Shown here: positions 1 through 9,743 of the stretch, piece after piece
How positions within the stretch are numbered: position 1 is the first letter of the stretch
Layout of the letters: the number at the start of each line of letters is the position of its first letter
Source: Paramoeba atlantica
Taxonomy: Eukaryota; Protista; Discosea
Assembly: GCA_977017575.1 (NCBI GenBank)
Contig: CDRNVI010000065.1
Coordinates: 124,001 to 188,000 of the forward strand
DNA: 64,000 bases
Direction: 5' to 3'
The notes under the pieces: model-generated
Seen by the model: the letters and a program-made list of their open reading frames with translations, nothing else
Databases searched by the model: none
Told to the model about the DNA's origin: nothing
Made by a program: the position numbers and the translations under genes

Positions 1-1993
1 CCCAAATTTCACCAGCTTCCACCGCTATGGTACTTATAAATTCATCTCGATGTATGAGAGTTACGCCATGGTTAGCCGCTCCTTTGACTAGCGCTATCTC
101 ATCCGGAGAATGCCCCTCAAATGCTAACTCTCGGGGGTAACGCTCGTCCTTTAGATCCTCTGTAGAAGGCAGCGATTGATGTACTGTTTCCTCATGGCGC
201 TTGTAAGTACTCACACCTGCTATTTGTAGAAAAATATCCCAAAGCCGAAAGAGAGCGCGAAAAATTCTCCTGTCAGGTAGCGAGGACGAGTTCTTGTTTT
301 CTTGAAGAACAGCACGATTTAATCCCTTTGGTAATGGCAGCACCTGATTGCAGAGTGCTAGGGATCGCCAATACAAGCTCTCGCATGCGATCGTGATTTT
401 TATCGGAGATTCAAATATCGTGTCATTCATGGGTAATGGAGAGTGCTTGAAGGTGCTTGGAGTCCTCAAAAGCTTTCCTATCGAGAGATTTCTATCAGGA
501 CGTATAAGAATGGAATTATTGGCCGGAGAACGCACTGAACCACCTGGGGAACGTCCTCCAGAATCATTCGTATCTCTCCTAGAGGAAGCTCTGCTGACAG
601 TTTCCATGCAATATGCATTTTGAATAGTCCCACCTACGTAATGCATTACATTTTCAGTGAGGGTTCCAGTCTTATCCGTAAATACATGCTTAACTTGACT
701 GAGCTGTTCATTCAGGTTCGTCGTACGGGCGAGAGATTGTCTTGTGTATCCAGAAACTTTGTCACAAAATGATAACTCCGGATCTTGATTTATGTAATAA
801 CCTTGTACCGCTTTGCATACTTCGAGGGTAACGAAAAGTGAAACTGGTATCATGTAACTCAAAAGCACAAAGTACGTCATGTATCGGGAAATAAAATCGA
901 CGAAAGCATTTCGATTCATGATATTATGTGCCTCACCCGTCGGGTAGATATACCAGGCATTCGTTGACATAACACTCTCCTTCTTTGCGGCAGTTAACGC
1001 AAGGGCTGTAAGCAAGATTTGATGGAGCAGAAGAATAAATGCAAGTGTAAAATTTAATTTCTTGTCTAGAGATGAGACTTTTGGAGGACGTGAGGGCTTT
1101 AGATTTCGGAACAGTTTGGTATCCCATCCGGTGTATACGACGACACCGACGACCCAAGACGTGTGCCGTAAAACAGATCCGCGGTATAACAAATTTTCCA
1201 CTGTGAGAGAGAAGGTTTTACCTTGTGCTTCAAGAAGACCATTCCAAAACATTAATGTTGGACTCGGGGCTTCGACGCGAAACCTCATAGAGCATGAGTG
1301 CAATACTTCATAAAGCTGTTTTAGTTGTAATTCTGTCGGGAAATCCCCGTACTCCTTGTTTGCATTCGAATGTGAATTGTCTTCGAATACTTTACTTGAG
1401 TACGAAAGCATCTTATCGTTAAACCACTTTTTTCCTCTACGAAGCTTAACTGTAGCCTCCCCGTCTAAATGGGATGTGTCAATATAAGCGATGTTATCGT
1501 TTCCAGAAGAGTAAAGCATGGCAACGTCAGCCATAATTTCTTCATTTTTTCGGAGAAGAATGACGTCTCCCACCCGCAAATCAGATGAGGAAGCATGATA
1601 CAGATTGTGATTAAGAGGCAAGTTCAACTCGGCTTCACTGCTCTGAAGTTGTCGCGAGAAGAGAGAAATGGGTGCCGAATTGGCTGATTTGTCTGCTCGG
1701 TAACGTTGATATTCCTCATAAGCATTTCGCAAAATTGCAACCACAAGAACAAATATAAGCGGTAACGTTGCCGTGATAGGATCTAGAGGAGATATACCGG
1801 GAAGAAAAGCTAAAACACTAGTCAACAAGAAGAAAATATTGGACAAAATACATAGCTGGTGGTATATCTGCAAAGGAAGAAAGCTCCATAGGGTGTATTT
1901 TGTTGTCCGTATGTAGTTCGTCTTTGAACTTGATTCGATATTCTTTTCACCAGTTCCTTGAATCGTAACATTAACGTCAATTGCACCGTTCAT
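1..1993 (-). CDS. P4-type phospholipid-translocating ATPase (flippase), 5' part; runs off the left window edge
   Basis: Absent from the ORF track because there is no in-window stop. Manual translation from ATG at 1993 gives MNGAIDV...NYIRTTKYTLWSFLP, and in frame NLNEQLSQVKHVFTDKTGTLTEN (DKTGT phosphorylation motif, Asp codon 676-674). Confidence 0.9.
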   Translation of the reverse strand, partial: MNGAIDVNVTIQGTGEKNIESSSKTNYIRTTKYTLWSFLPLQIYHQLCILSNIFFLLTSVLAFLPGISPLDPITATLPLIFVLVVAILRNAYEEYQRYRADKSANSAPISLFSRQLQSSEAELNLPLNHNLYHASSSDLRVGDVILLRKNEEIMADVAMLYSSGNDNIAYIDTSHLDGEATVKLRRGKKWFNDKMLSYSSKVFEDNSHSNANKEYGDFPTELQLKQLYEVLHSCSMRFRVEAPSPTLMFWNGLLEAQGKTFSLTVENLLYRGSVLRHTSWVVGVVVYTGWDTKLFRNLKPSRPPKVSSLDKKLNFTLAFILLLHQILLTALALTAAKKESVMSTNAWYIYPTGEAHNIMNRNAFVDFISRYMTYFVLLSYMIPVSLFVTLEVCKAVQGYYINQDPELSFCDKVSGYTRQSLARTTNLNEQLSQVKHVFTDKTGTLTENVMHYVGGTIQNAYCMETVSRASSRRDTNDSGGRSPGGSVRSPANNSILIRPDRNLSIGKLLRTPSTFKHSPLPMNDTIFESPIKITIACESLYWRSLALCNQVLPLPKGLNRAVLQENKNSSSLPDRRIFRALFRLWDIFLQIAGVSTYKRHEETVHQSLPSTEDLKDERYPRELAFEGHSPDEIALVKGAANHGVTLIHRDEFISTIAVEAGEIW

Positions 1994-2616
1994 TTCGAAG
2001 TTTAAAAGTTCCCAAAAGTCTGATACCTCACGCCCGTTCTTTAACAGGAAAACATGCGCGGCTTGGAAAACGAGTTATACGGAGACATTACATTAGCTTC
2101 ATCGAAAAAAGAAAACCCTTTATAAAACAAATTGCAATTAGTTGATGAGAGAAACTGTTTCGCTGATTGTTTTTGAAACACATTCACTTAAAATGAGTCA
2201 TTTTTACATTCCAAACTCTTTCGTGGATGTTCTTTAAGGACATCAAGTCATTACAAGAATATTACAATAATTTCGAAACTCGCAGTTTTTTCTGTACTGC
2301 TTATCAAAACAATTGAATATAAATAGCTTTTAAAGAACACATTAGCACGTTAAGCAATGTGTCAATATTTGAAAGTTGAACCTAATATCAGAACAGATTC
2401 TATCAAAACTGCCAGGAGATGCAGCGACTTCGTCCAGCTCCAAATCGTTTTAACCTCATTTTAGAATATGAAACAAACATAGACCAACTGCTTACGAAAC
2501 TTACCTACGTGGAATTACACGTCTGTGCTTCGCACACTTACGATTCATAATATTTGGAACTTCCGATTTCGATAAAAAAGAAGGAAGCGACTGTAAAAAA
2601 ACCTCTCGTGCTAGAG

Positions 2617-4287
2617 CTAAGACCTTTTCAACAGCTTGGCGGGTCGCATTAAATTCGAAAAATCCTTTTTAAAGCACAACTCTAGCAACAGGGCCACACC
2701 ATACCCAGTGGCTCGATCGGAACGAAAAGCTGGAGCTGCAATATCTAGATGCACAAAGGGACCTTTGTATTGTTTATTCAAAGCCTTTTCTAAGAATCGA
2801 CCTGCAGCAGCCGATGATGCTGTAGCACGATCTTTAACGCTGTTTTTCAGATCTGCAACTTTGCTGTCAAACTGATCGTCCAGGAACTCTGGGCAGTACA
2901 AAAATGGGAAGCACAAATCTCCACTCTGTCTTCCAGCACGAAAAACATCTCGTTCTGTTGTGTCCAAATTTGTGTAGATTCCGCTATGTTTGACACCTGT
3001 AGCAAAACTCTGAGCACCCGTTAGCGTAGCCAGGTCGATGATCAAGGAAGGGTCAAGATGCGTTGTTGCGTAGGATATGGCGTCCGCAAGTACAATTCTT
3101 CCCTCCGCGTCGGTGTTATTTACCTCCACGCTGAGACCACAATGCAGTTTGATAATGTCATCGTTGCGATAGGAAAGAGGCCCCACGGCATTTTCTGCCA
3201 AAGAAAGTACAGAGTAGGCTCGCTGCGACGATTTGCTCAGTGCAGCTGCTAGAAACGCACAAAACGCAGCAGCCGCTCCACACATGTCGCATTTCATGTT
3301 GACCATATTTGCAGCAGGCTTAATTGCTAACCCACCTGCGTCGTATATGATGCCTTTGCCAACGAACACCACAGGCTTTTCAGATTCCTCCCCTCCTTGA
3401 TGTTCCAGAACCAGAAACCGTGGGGGCTCTGTGGCGGCCTTCCCTACGTTGTACAGCCCGGTGAGCTTCGCTGGGATTAAGTCCTCCCCCGCAATGTTTT
3501 GCCTCACGTGAAATCCATGCGTCCCGGAGAGGCCTTGTATGATTTCAGAGAATGTCGTAGTATCAAGTAAATTGGGGGGAGCATCACCTAGAATCATGCA
3601 TAATTGGCATGCATACGCGGCGTGATTCAGTGCAGCACAGTTCGGAGTGCTGTCCTCCGCTGACGTGGAGTTCCCAATATTAATAAGGCCTAGTAGCACG
3701 CGTGCTGGAGATTTCTTTTCTAGAAAAGCGTTCTCTTTACCTTTGACAGAAAATCGCGAGAAACTCTTCGCCACGGCACATACAAGACTGAGGTACGGCG
3801 TTGTTTGAGAGTCTTCGGACAAGTGAGGGACTATACAGGCACAAAGTACAACACAACTTTTTGGTGCACAAGAAACTTCAGAAGAAGTTCCATTCGTGCC
3901 GGAATCTCCTACATTCGATGACCTGAGGAGGGAAGTGACAATATCAGGACGTGAAGGACAATTATTTCTCGAGCTTTCATCCGAAATACAAAGGATTGTT
4001 ACACATATGAATGATTCATGGTTCTTTTTCAAGTAGAATTTTTGAGAAGATTTTACCTCGGTCTTGTGAACGATGTGCGTGTACAGATCCTTTTCCTCCT
4101 GTATAAATGCTGGCAAAGATGCAAAGAAAGATTCTTCGCATAAATTCTTTTTCGTTCCTATAAGAACATAGTTCGTAGAGCTATTAAACTCTTCATCAGT
4201 TGCAATAAGCTTTTTGCTGTGTACTTCTACGTTTCCTTTAAAGCCTATAACTTCGCGTACGAATTGGGAACGTTCCTCCGCAAACAT
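2617..4287 (-). CDS. NPEPL1: M17 leucyl aminopeptidase, NPEPL1-like
   Basis: GKGIIYDAGG, KCDMCG and NTDAEGR metal/catalytic motifs. The C-terminus DLATLTGAQ...YCPE...ADLKNSV...HLDIAAP...RATGYGVALL follows the NPEPL1 subfamily pattern. Confidence 0.85.
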   Translation of the reverse strand: MFAEERSQFVREVIGFKGNVEVHSKKLIATDEEFNSSTNYVLIGTKKNLCEESFFASLPAFIQEEKDLYTHIVHKTEVKSSQKFYLKKNHESFICVTILCISDESSRNNCPSRPDIVTSLLRSSNVGDSGTNGTSSEVSCAPKSCVVLCACIVPHLSEDSQTTPYLSLVCAVAKSFSRFSVKGKENAFLEKKSPARVLLGLINIGNSTSAEDSTPNCAALNHAAYACQLCMILGDAPPNLLDTTTFSEIIQGLSGTHGFHVRQNIAGEDLIPAKLTGLYNVGKAATEPPRFLVLEHQGGEESEKPVVFVGKGIIYDAGGLAIKPAANMVNMKCDMCGAAAAFCAFLAAALSKSSQRAYSVLSLAENAVGPLSYRNDDIIKLHCGLSVEVNNTDAEGRIVLADAISYATTHLDPSLIIDLATLTGAQSFATGVKHSGIYTNLDTTERDVFRAGRQSGDLCFPFLYCPEFLDDQFDSKVADLKNSVKDRATASSAAAGRFLEKALNKQYKGPFVHLDIAAPAFRSDRATGYGVALLLELCFKKDFSNLMRPAKLLKRS

Positions 4288-4454
4288 AGCTCAGATAATT
4301 CTAAGATCAAATAAATCAGAACTTGGAAAGAAAGTCATCATTTTCACGTTGGTCTCTTTTCTCTTGCATCATAAAGTGGTTTCTGCACAATGATAAAAAT
4401 AACTTTAAAAAGAGTTTGTTTATTTGATGCTCTGATTAAAATGGGATATAAGAA

Positions 4455-7229
4455 CTAAATATCAGCTTCAATTACCTTCGAAGATTTAATATACTCTAAG
4501 GCAGCAATATTTTGACCTATACGTTGGTGATGCTCACTACCCGTAGCACGCATCAGAGATATGAGCGATACCAAAAGCTGCGACGGAAGATTTGAATAAT
4601 GTGCTCTTGCAAGTCGGATCAAGACTTGCCACGCGGTATCCCAGTGGTCCACCACATTGGACTCCAGAAGCAGCTTAAGTAGTTGAAGTAATTTCGTGGC
4701 ATCGCTGAGCGAAAGTGACTTTAGGGCATGTGCTAAATCTGTTGCAGGAATCTCATCTCGTATCACTGTCCATACTCTATAACGACTGCCTTTTTCGTGG
4801 AGCTCAGTGGCTTCCATTTGGACATTTTCCAGTGAGTCAGAAATGCGATCGGCAGCATGTACAGCCCCGGCAGTTTTTTGTACTATCGGTGCCATGGAAG
4901 AAGACCCTCCCACTTTTACAAGTTCAAACGATGCACGTTCGGCCGTTTCACGATCCAAAGCTAGCTCCATTCGCCGTTGTGTTTCTTCATGTGGAAAGAT
5001 AAGATCTTGTGTTTTTTCAAAAACCTGAATCCACCTATCGTCCCCTGCGCAGGCGATAAACGATCCGTGGGTAGAGACGACACAAGAATTCAAAGGTCCG
5101 GTGCACCCTACAGGAAAATCTTGAATCAAACTCCACGTATCAGCATCCCAAAGCTTGCAACAACCATCTTTCCCCACGCTAACCAAATAATGAGTATTAG
5201 GCACGAAACGCACTTGCATTACATAGCTATCGTGAGCTATTATGGAGCGATGTAAATCGCCAAAATCCAGGCCCCAAAGTTTAATATTTTTGTCTACTGA
5301 ACCAGACGCCAGAAGTTCCAAGTCATCACTTATTGCAATGGAATTTACAATATAGCTATGCCCATAAAGATTGAGAAACGGCTTATGTGAATCTGCATAG
5401 TACACGCGAATAGTCGTATCTTGCAAGGCCACTGCCACGAATTTAAGACTAGAATCGACCGACACATTGACGCCCATGTCTGGAAGCTCCACGGCACGTT
5501 CTACTTGCTCTTGCCATTCGGCCGACGTCTGATCAAGCGCCCAAACGCGTAGAAAATTATCTTTTCCGCACGTATATAGCATTGGGATACTTGGTGATTC
5601 ATCAGTTTGTCTCTTTTTCCGCGTGTCATCACTAAGTGTGAAACTACAAAGGGTGGTCACCCCACCTTCATGGGCGTGAGCCATGTCAGAGCACGTCTTC
5701 GACATGAAATCCAATGAAACCAAGTGCCCACTAGAGGATCCGGCCACTCCAGCAATTCCTTCGAATGTAGCCAAGCATGTTAAACCCGAATACGGAATAA
5801 TACCATTGCATACCACCCGACAAGGATTACTGTCGAAATCAAAGTGCCAGGTGCGAATTCCTTCCTGAGGACACAGTGTAATCAAACCGCTATCTTCATG
5901 TAATGTATGCAAGGAGGTAATCTCTCCAGGATGCCCTTGCATGGACAACTGACGATGAACACTTCTTTTCGGAGGGCCGTCGATTGATTGGGTAGTGTTT
6001 CCTTCACTTAGTAAGTCACGAAGTGCTACGATCTCAAGGGTATTGCTGCTAAGCCCGAGTACAACAGCAGGGGCTTTCGTAGCTGTTTTAGATGATTTTA
6101 AGGTGAGACAAGCGAGACACACTATCCTGCCGTTTGTAGCGTAGTAACTTCCCTTGTAGAATAGCCCACATTTTTCAAGCAGTGCTTCGCTATGATTCTT
6201 CCCACCTTTTCGTTTTCGAATTTTCTGATCTGATCGAGGCGCAAGCAGTTCAACAGCACGATCTGCAGTTTGAAGATGTACGAACAATATTTTACCACTA
6301 CATAGTTGAGCAAACATTGAAAGAATAGGACGCTTCGATCTGCGTTGGATGCTTTGAGCAGAAGATACTCCTATGCCACTTAAGTCTTCCTCAGCGCTTT
6401 TATTCCCAGGTCCCGACTCAGAATTTATTTTAAACTCCACAGAATATACTCGTATCAAGTCATCACGTGATCCGATAAGTAGCTGTTTTATGTCTTTTAC
6501 GTAAAGAGAACACGTAACGATTTGAGCTACGTCGCATATTACCGTAGTGCTAATACAAACATGCTCTTCAAGATCCCAAATTTTCAGAAGACCGTCAACA
6601 GATGTACTAATTAGTCGTTCTGTAACGTTAACATAAGGAACTTGAATAAGATGCAATCCTGTAATAGGACCGCTATGACCTTGTAGGCGTACAAGGGCTT
6701 CCCGACTCAAGGTGTCCCAGACTATGATGAAGGTATCTTGTCCTCCTGTAACCATCAAGCTTGATGATGAAACGCTGTTTGCTTGCATTCTTTCTTGACC
6801 GGAGAAGGCTATATGATGAATTTTTGAACCATATCGATGAGCGGTAGAAGAAAGAGAGCAAGTGATCTCCTGTTCCTGATGATCAAATTGGTATAGAGAC
6901 ACACGTCCAGTACTCATCCCTACGGCAATTAAGTCATCCGAGTCATTCGTCCCAAGAGTTGTTATAAAGCCTTCATCTTCCATACTTCCATCCTGCGGAG
7001 CGGTGCGCAAAACATGTAGCGTTTCACCGGTCCGAATGTCTAAAAATTGAATTTGTCGCAGACCAGCCATCAACAAAATCGTCGACGAAGACCTCTTTGT
7101 ACCCACCCCATTGGGGGACGTATCGGGGAAAAAATTCCCGAAGTTTACAAAGCTCATAAAATTGCACGCTGGAGAGAGTAAGACGCCTCCTCCGTGAGAA
7201 GTGTTGTACTTCAGATATGAGCGCACCAT
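4455..7229 (-). CDS. UTP12: WD40 SSU processome protein Utp12/Dip2/WDR3
   Basis: MVRSYLKY start, many WD repeats including KPFLNLYGHS...LASGSVDKNIKLWGLDFGDLHRSIIAHDSYVMQVRFVPNTHYLVSVGKDG, and a helical C-terminal domain. Confidence 0.9.
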   Translation of the reverse strand: MVRSYLKYNTSHGGGVLLSPACNFMSFVNFGNFFPDTSPNGVGTKRSSSTILLMAGLRQIQFLDIRTGETLHVLRTAPQDGSMEDEGFITTLGTNDSDDLIAVGMSTGRVSLYQFDHQEQEITCSLSSTAHRYGSKIHHIAFSGQERMQANSVSSSSLMVTGGQDTFIIVWDTLSREALVRLQGHSGPITGLHLIQVPYVNVTERLISTSVDGLLKIWDLEEHVCISTTVICDVAQIVTCSLYVKDIKQLLIGSRDDLIRVYSVEFKINSESGPGNKSAEEDLSGIGVSSAQSIQRRSKRPILSMFAQLCSGKILFVHLQTADRAVELLAPRSDQKIRKRKGGKNHSEALLEKCGLFYKGSYYATNGRIVCLACLTLKSSKTATKAPAVVLGLSSNTLEIVALRDLLSEGNTTQSIDGPPKRSVHRQLSMQGHPGEITSLHTLHEDSGLITLCPQEGIRTWHFDFDSNPCRVVCNGIIPYSGLTCLATFEGIAGVAGSSSGHLVSLDFMSKTCSDMAHAHEGGVTTLCSFTLSDDTRKKRQTDESPSIPMLYTCGKDNFLRVWALDQTSAEWQEQVERAVELPDMGVNVSVDSSLKFVAVALQDTTIRVYYADSHKPFLNLYGHSYIVNSIAISDDLELLASGSVDKNIKLWGLDFGDLHRSIIAHDSYVMQVRFVPNTHYLVSVGKDGCCKLWDADTWSLIQDFPVGCTGPLNSCVVSTHGSFIACAGDDRWIQVFEKTQDLIFPHEETQRRMELALDRETAERASFELVKVGGSSSMAPIVQKTAGAVHAADRISDSLENVQMEATELHEKGSRYRVWTVIRDEIPATDLAHALKSLSLSDATKLLQLLKLLLESNVVDHWDTAWQVLIRLARAHYSNLPSQLLVSLISLMRATGSEHHQRIGQNIAALEYIKSSKVIEADI

Positions 7230-7479
7230 TGCAGAAAAGCTTAAAAACTAAGTAATTTTTATACACATTTCAAATATGCGTTTGTAAATTGCATGCGAGT
7301 ATCTCGATACATTTTTCTTGTAAGGCTATCTTTTCAAAACGTACCAGTAACTTTAGGCTTAAATGCGGAGGGAGATAAAGGAAAGTATCCACAAATTTCG
7401 CACATCTTCAAAATTAATCTCTACAATATACACAGTATACTCAAGGTTGAAAACCAACGTTGATGTCGTTTTGAAACTA

Positions 7480-8379
7480 TCAAACAATTAGATTCTCCTT
7501 CTGTGGGTCATACGATACAGAAGAGGGCAATTTATTGTGTGGGAGAGAGCTTCGGTAGCCTGTAAAGCAATTTCGTGCCAGATTAATGTCTCGTTTTCCG
7601 ACACCCTTATAAGCCCCTAGATGCGTTAAATCCACGATCCCTGATAAAATATTATGTTGCAACTGTAGACGATTTAGTCGACTAGGCAAATCAGTAAGTC
7701 TCACCTCGCCTTCAAATCGGTTGTGTTGTAAGCAAATGACTTCCATTGTAAGTGGAAGATGAGAAAAATCGAGAGTCCCGGAAAACGCGTTGTCATATCC
7801 ATAGAGATCTTTCATCTCACTTGGAAGTGAGGTTAAGTCGAGTGATCCCATCAGATGATTCCCGTGAAGCGAGAAAAATTCCAAAGTCTCTGGAAATCGT
7901 TCAGCAGGTACGCCTCCCGTGATCATGTTTAATCCACAATCAATAAAAACTAAGGTACAAGGAATGGCATACCAATTAAGACGACCGGAAAGTCGGTACT
8001 TTAGGTCGTAATAATTCCACTGAATGCGCTCTATCTGGTAATGAGCGTTACAGATAACTCCTTTCCATGTACAAGGGGACACTTCTTTGGTTCGGAAAAA
8101 ACTTTTTTTATGCGTTATCCATGAGGAATGTGGGTTTTCTATTTCATCTATGAACGCACTGAATAATTCACCGGCCGGTATTAAAAGTCGATCCACTTTA
8201 CCGCGTCGCAAGGTGGAGTCGTCTGCGTACTCCAAAGAAGTACTAAACGCAATGAGAACTAACCAATGTAAGCTGTTCAAGGGCATGAGTTTACTGCAAT
8301 GTAAACGAATGTGACTTCTAAGTTCTAAATTTATGGTAGTTGTGATCTTTTTGCTCTGGAATAAAAAATGTACGTACAT
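7480..8379 (-). CDS. LRR-only family protein (LRRNT-like cap plus LRRs)
   Basis: IENPHSSW...CTWKGVICN cap followed by LxxNxLxGxLDLxxLP repeats; no TM or kinase domain. The start may be the ATG at 8286. Confidence 0.85.
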   Translation of the reverse strand: MYVHFLFQSKKITTTINLELRSHIRLHCSKLMPLNSLHWLVLIAFSTSLEYADDSTLRRGKVDRLLIPAGELFSAFIDEIENPHSSWITHKKSFFRTKEVSPCTWKGVICNAHYQIERIQWNYYDLKYRLSGRLNWYAIPCTLVFIDCGLNMITGGVPAERFPETLEFFSLHGNHLMGSLDLTSLPSEMKDLYGYDNAFSGTLDFSHLPLTMEVICLQHNRFEGEVRLTDLPSRLNRLQLQHNILSGIVDLTHLGAYKGVGKRDINLARNCFTGYRSSLPHNKLPSSVSYDPQKENLIV

Positions 8380-8757
8380 ATGGAAAGGTTTGCTTGAAAG
8401 TATACAACTAGAAGTATTTCACGATTCTGTAGAACGTACCTGCAACGGTAATAATTGTTCTTCCCGAAAAGGTATTCATAATCTGATACGCTTGATCTTG
8501 ATGTGAAAATAGTGCACGAAGTCCCGTTATAAAGATTCGAAGCAAGTCAGGAAGTGATTCTTAAGAGAAATGCGTCTAATTGTACGTAAGCGTGACTTTG
8601 CTAATCACTGCATTTTCCATACGTTCACAACTTGATCTGAAAAACTGCACTTCCAATCAATAAATCGAGTGCTCTATTTGCGTAGGAACGACCAAAATGG
8701 TGATAGGTAGGCTGTTCAGAAAGCCTCCATACGTACCTGGGCAATCGGCTTCTTTAA

Positions 8758-9474
8758 TTACGACCTTTGATGCAGAATATTAACACCACAGCACACGAAA
8801 ACAACAAAAAGTGGAGCTGCTAACCATGTTGCAACAGAATAAATCTCCTCACACTCCTCACGGAACTGTTCGCTAGAGTCTTGCAGTGCGAAAGCTTGTA
8901 TCCGCGAAGACCAATCTGCGTGTCCGTAACGACTTGGTGCACAGCCGCGATGAAGTATAGTCAATGGAAAAGTCCATAATCGAAGCAAATTCAAGAGCAA
9001 GTAGGTGAAACCTATGTAAACCAAAAGTACATACCATTGGCCATCGTTATTTTCCATGTGATTCGGAGTGATAAAACAAGATGCCATCATCATGACGCAA
9101 GTAATAACTGCTCGTAGGAGCTTGCCACGACCTTCCTTGCTCCGCACATAACTTGACACTTGCGGCGTCGAAAAATAAGCAACGCATTGACATATCGCGT
9201 ATGTCACGGAATACATCGGAAACATTAAAACTAAAAGAACGACACGGCTTAACAAGGATCCTAATGACCATAGGACATCCCAACTTGAAATTGTCCTTTG
9301 TATTTCATTACTCCATGAAACTCGGGTCCCTCGACGCCTTCCTTCTGTGACGTTTGTTTCCGTAGATGTCATTTCGGACTTCTCATAGAGTGCAGATACA
9401 GAGACGCACAACGTGTGGGAGAAGAGTACGCCACATGCACTGACCACAGGCAGAAGGACCAAAAAGACAATCAT
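8758..9474 (-). CDS. hypothetical multi-pass membrane protein
   Basis: Long ORF with 4-5 hydrophobic stretches on the cluster strand. The likely ATG is 9474; the track start at 9609 is TTG. Confidence 0.55.
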   Translation of the reverse strand: MIVFLVLLPVVSACGVLFSHTLCVSVSALYEKSEMTSTETNVTEGRRRGTRVSWSNEIQRTISSWDVLWSLGSLLSRVVLLVLMFPMYSVTYAICQCVAYFSTPQVSSYVRSKEGRGKLLRAVITCVMMMASCFITPNHMENNDGQWYVLLVYIGFTYLLLNLLRLWTFPLTILHRGCAPSRYGHADWSSRIQAFALQDSSEQFREECEEIYSVATWLAAPLFVVFVCCGVNILHQRS

Positions 9475-9743
9475 AGTCTTGAAATTTGAATTAAGTATTA
9501 ACAAGTTGAAATTACAAAAAGAAAAAACATAGTTAACTGAGTCCTTAAATTTGCAATGATCTATAATCATAACACAACGGACATTATGTCTGAAGAGTCT
9601 AACATGCAAGCGATTTCAAAGTAAATTTGCAATGCAAGTTATTGTAATGGTCTATATGAAGTGCTTCGAGCATGTGGAATCGCCTTTTTCTGAAAAACAC
9701 ATTTCTAGGTGTACGTGGTTAGAATGTTTTGGTTATGACCTCC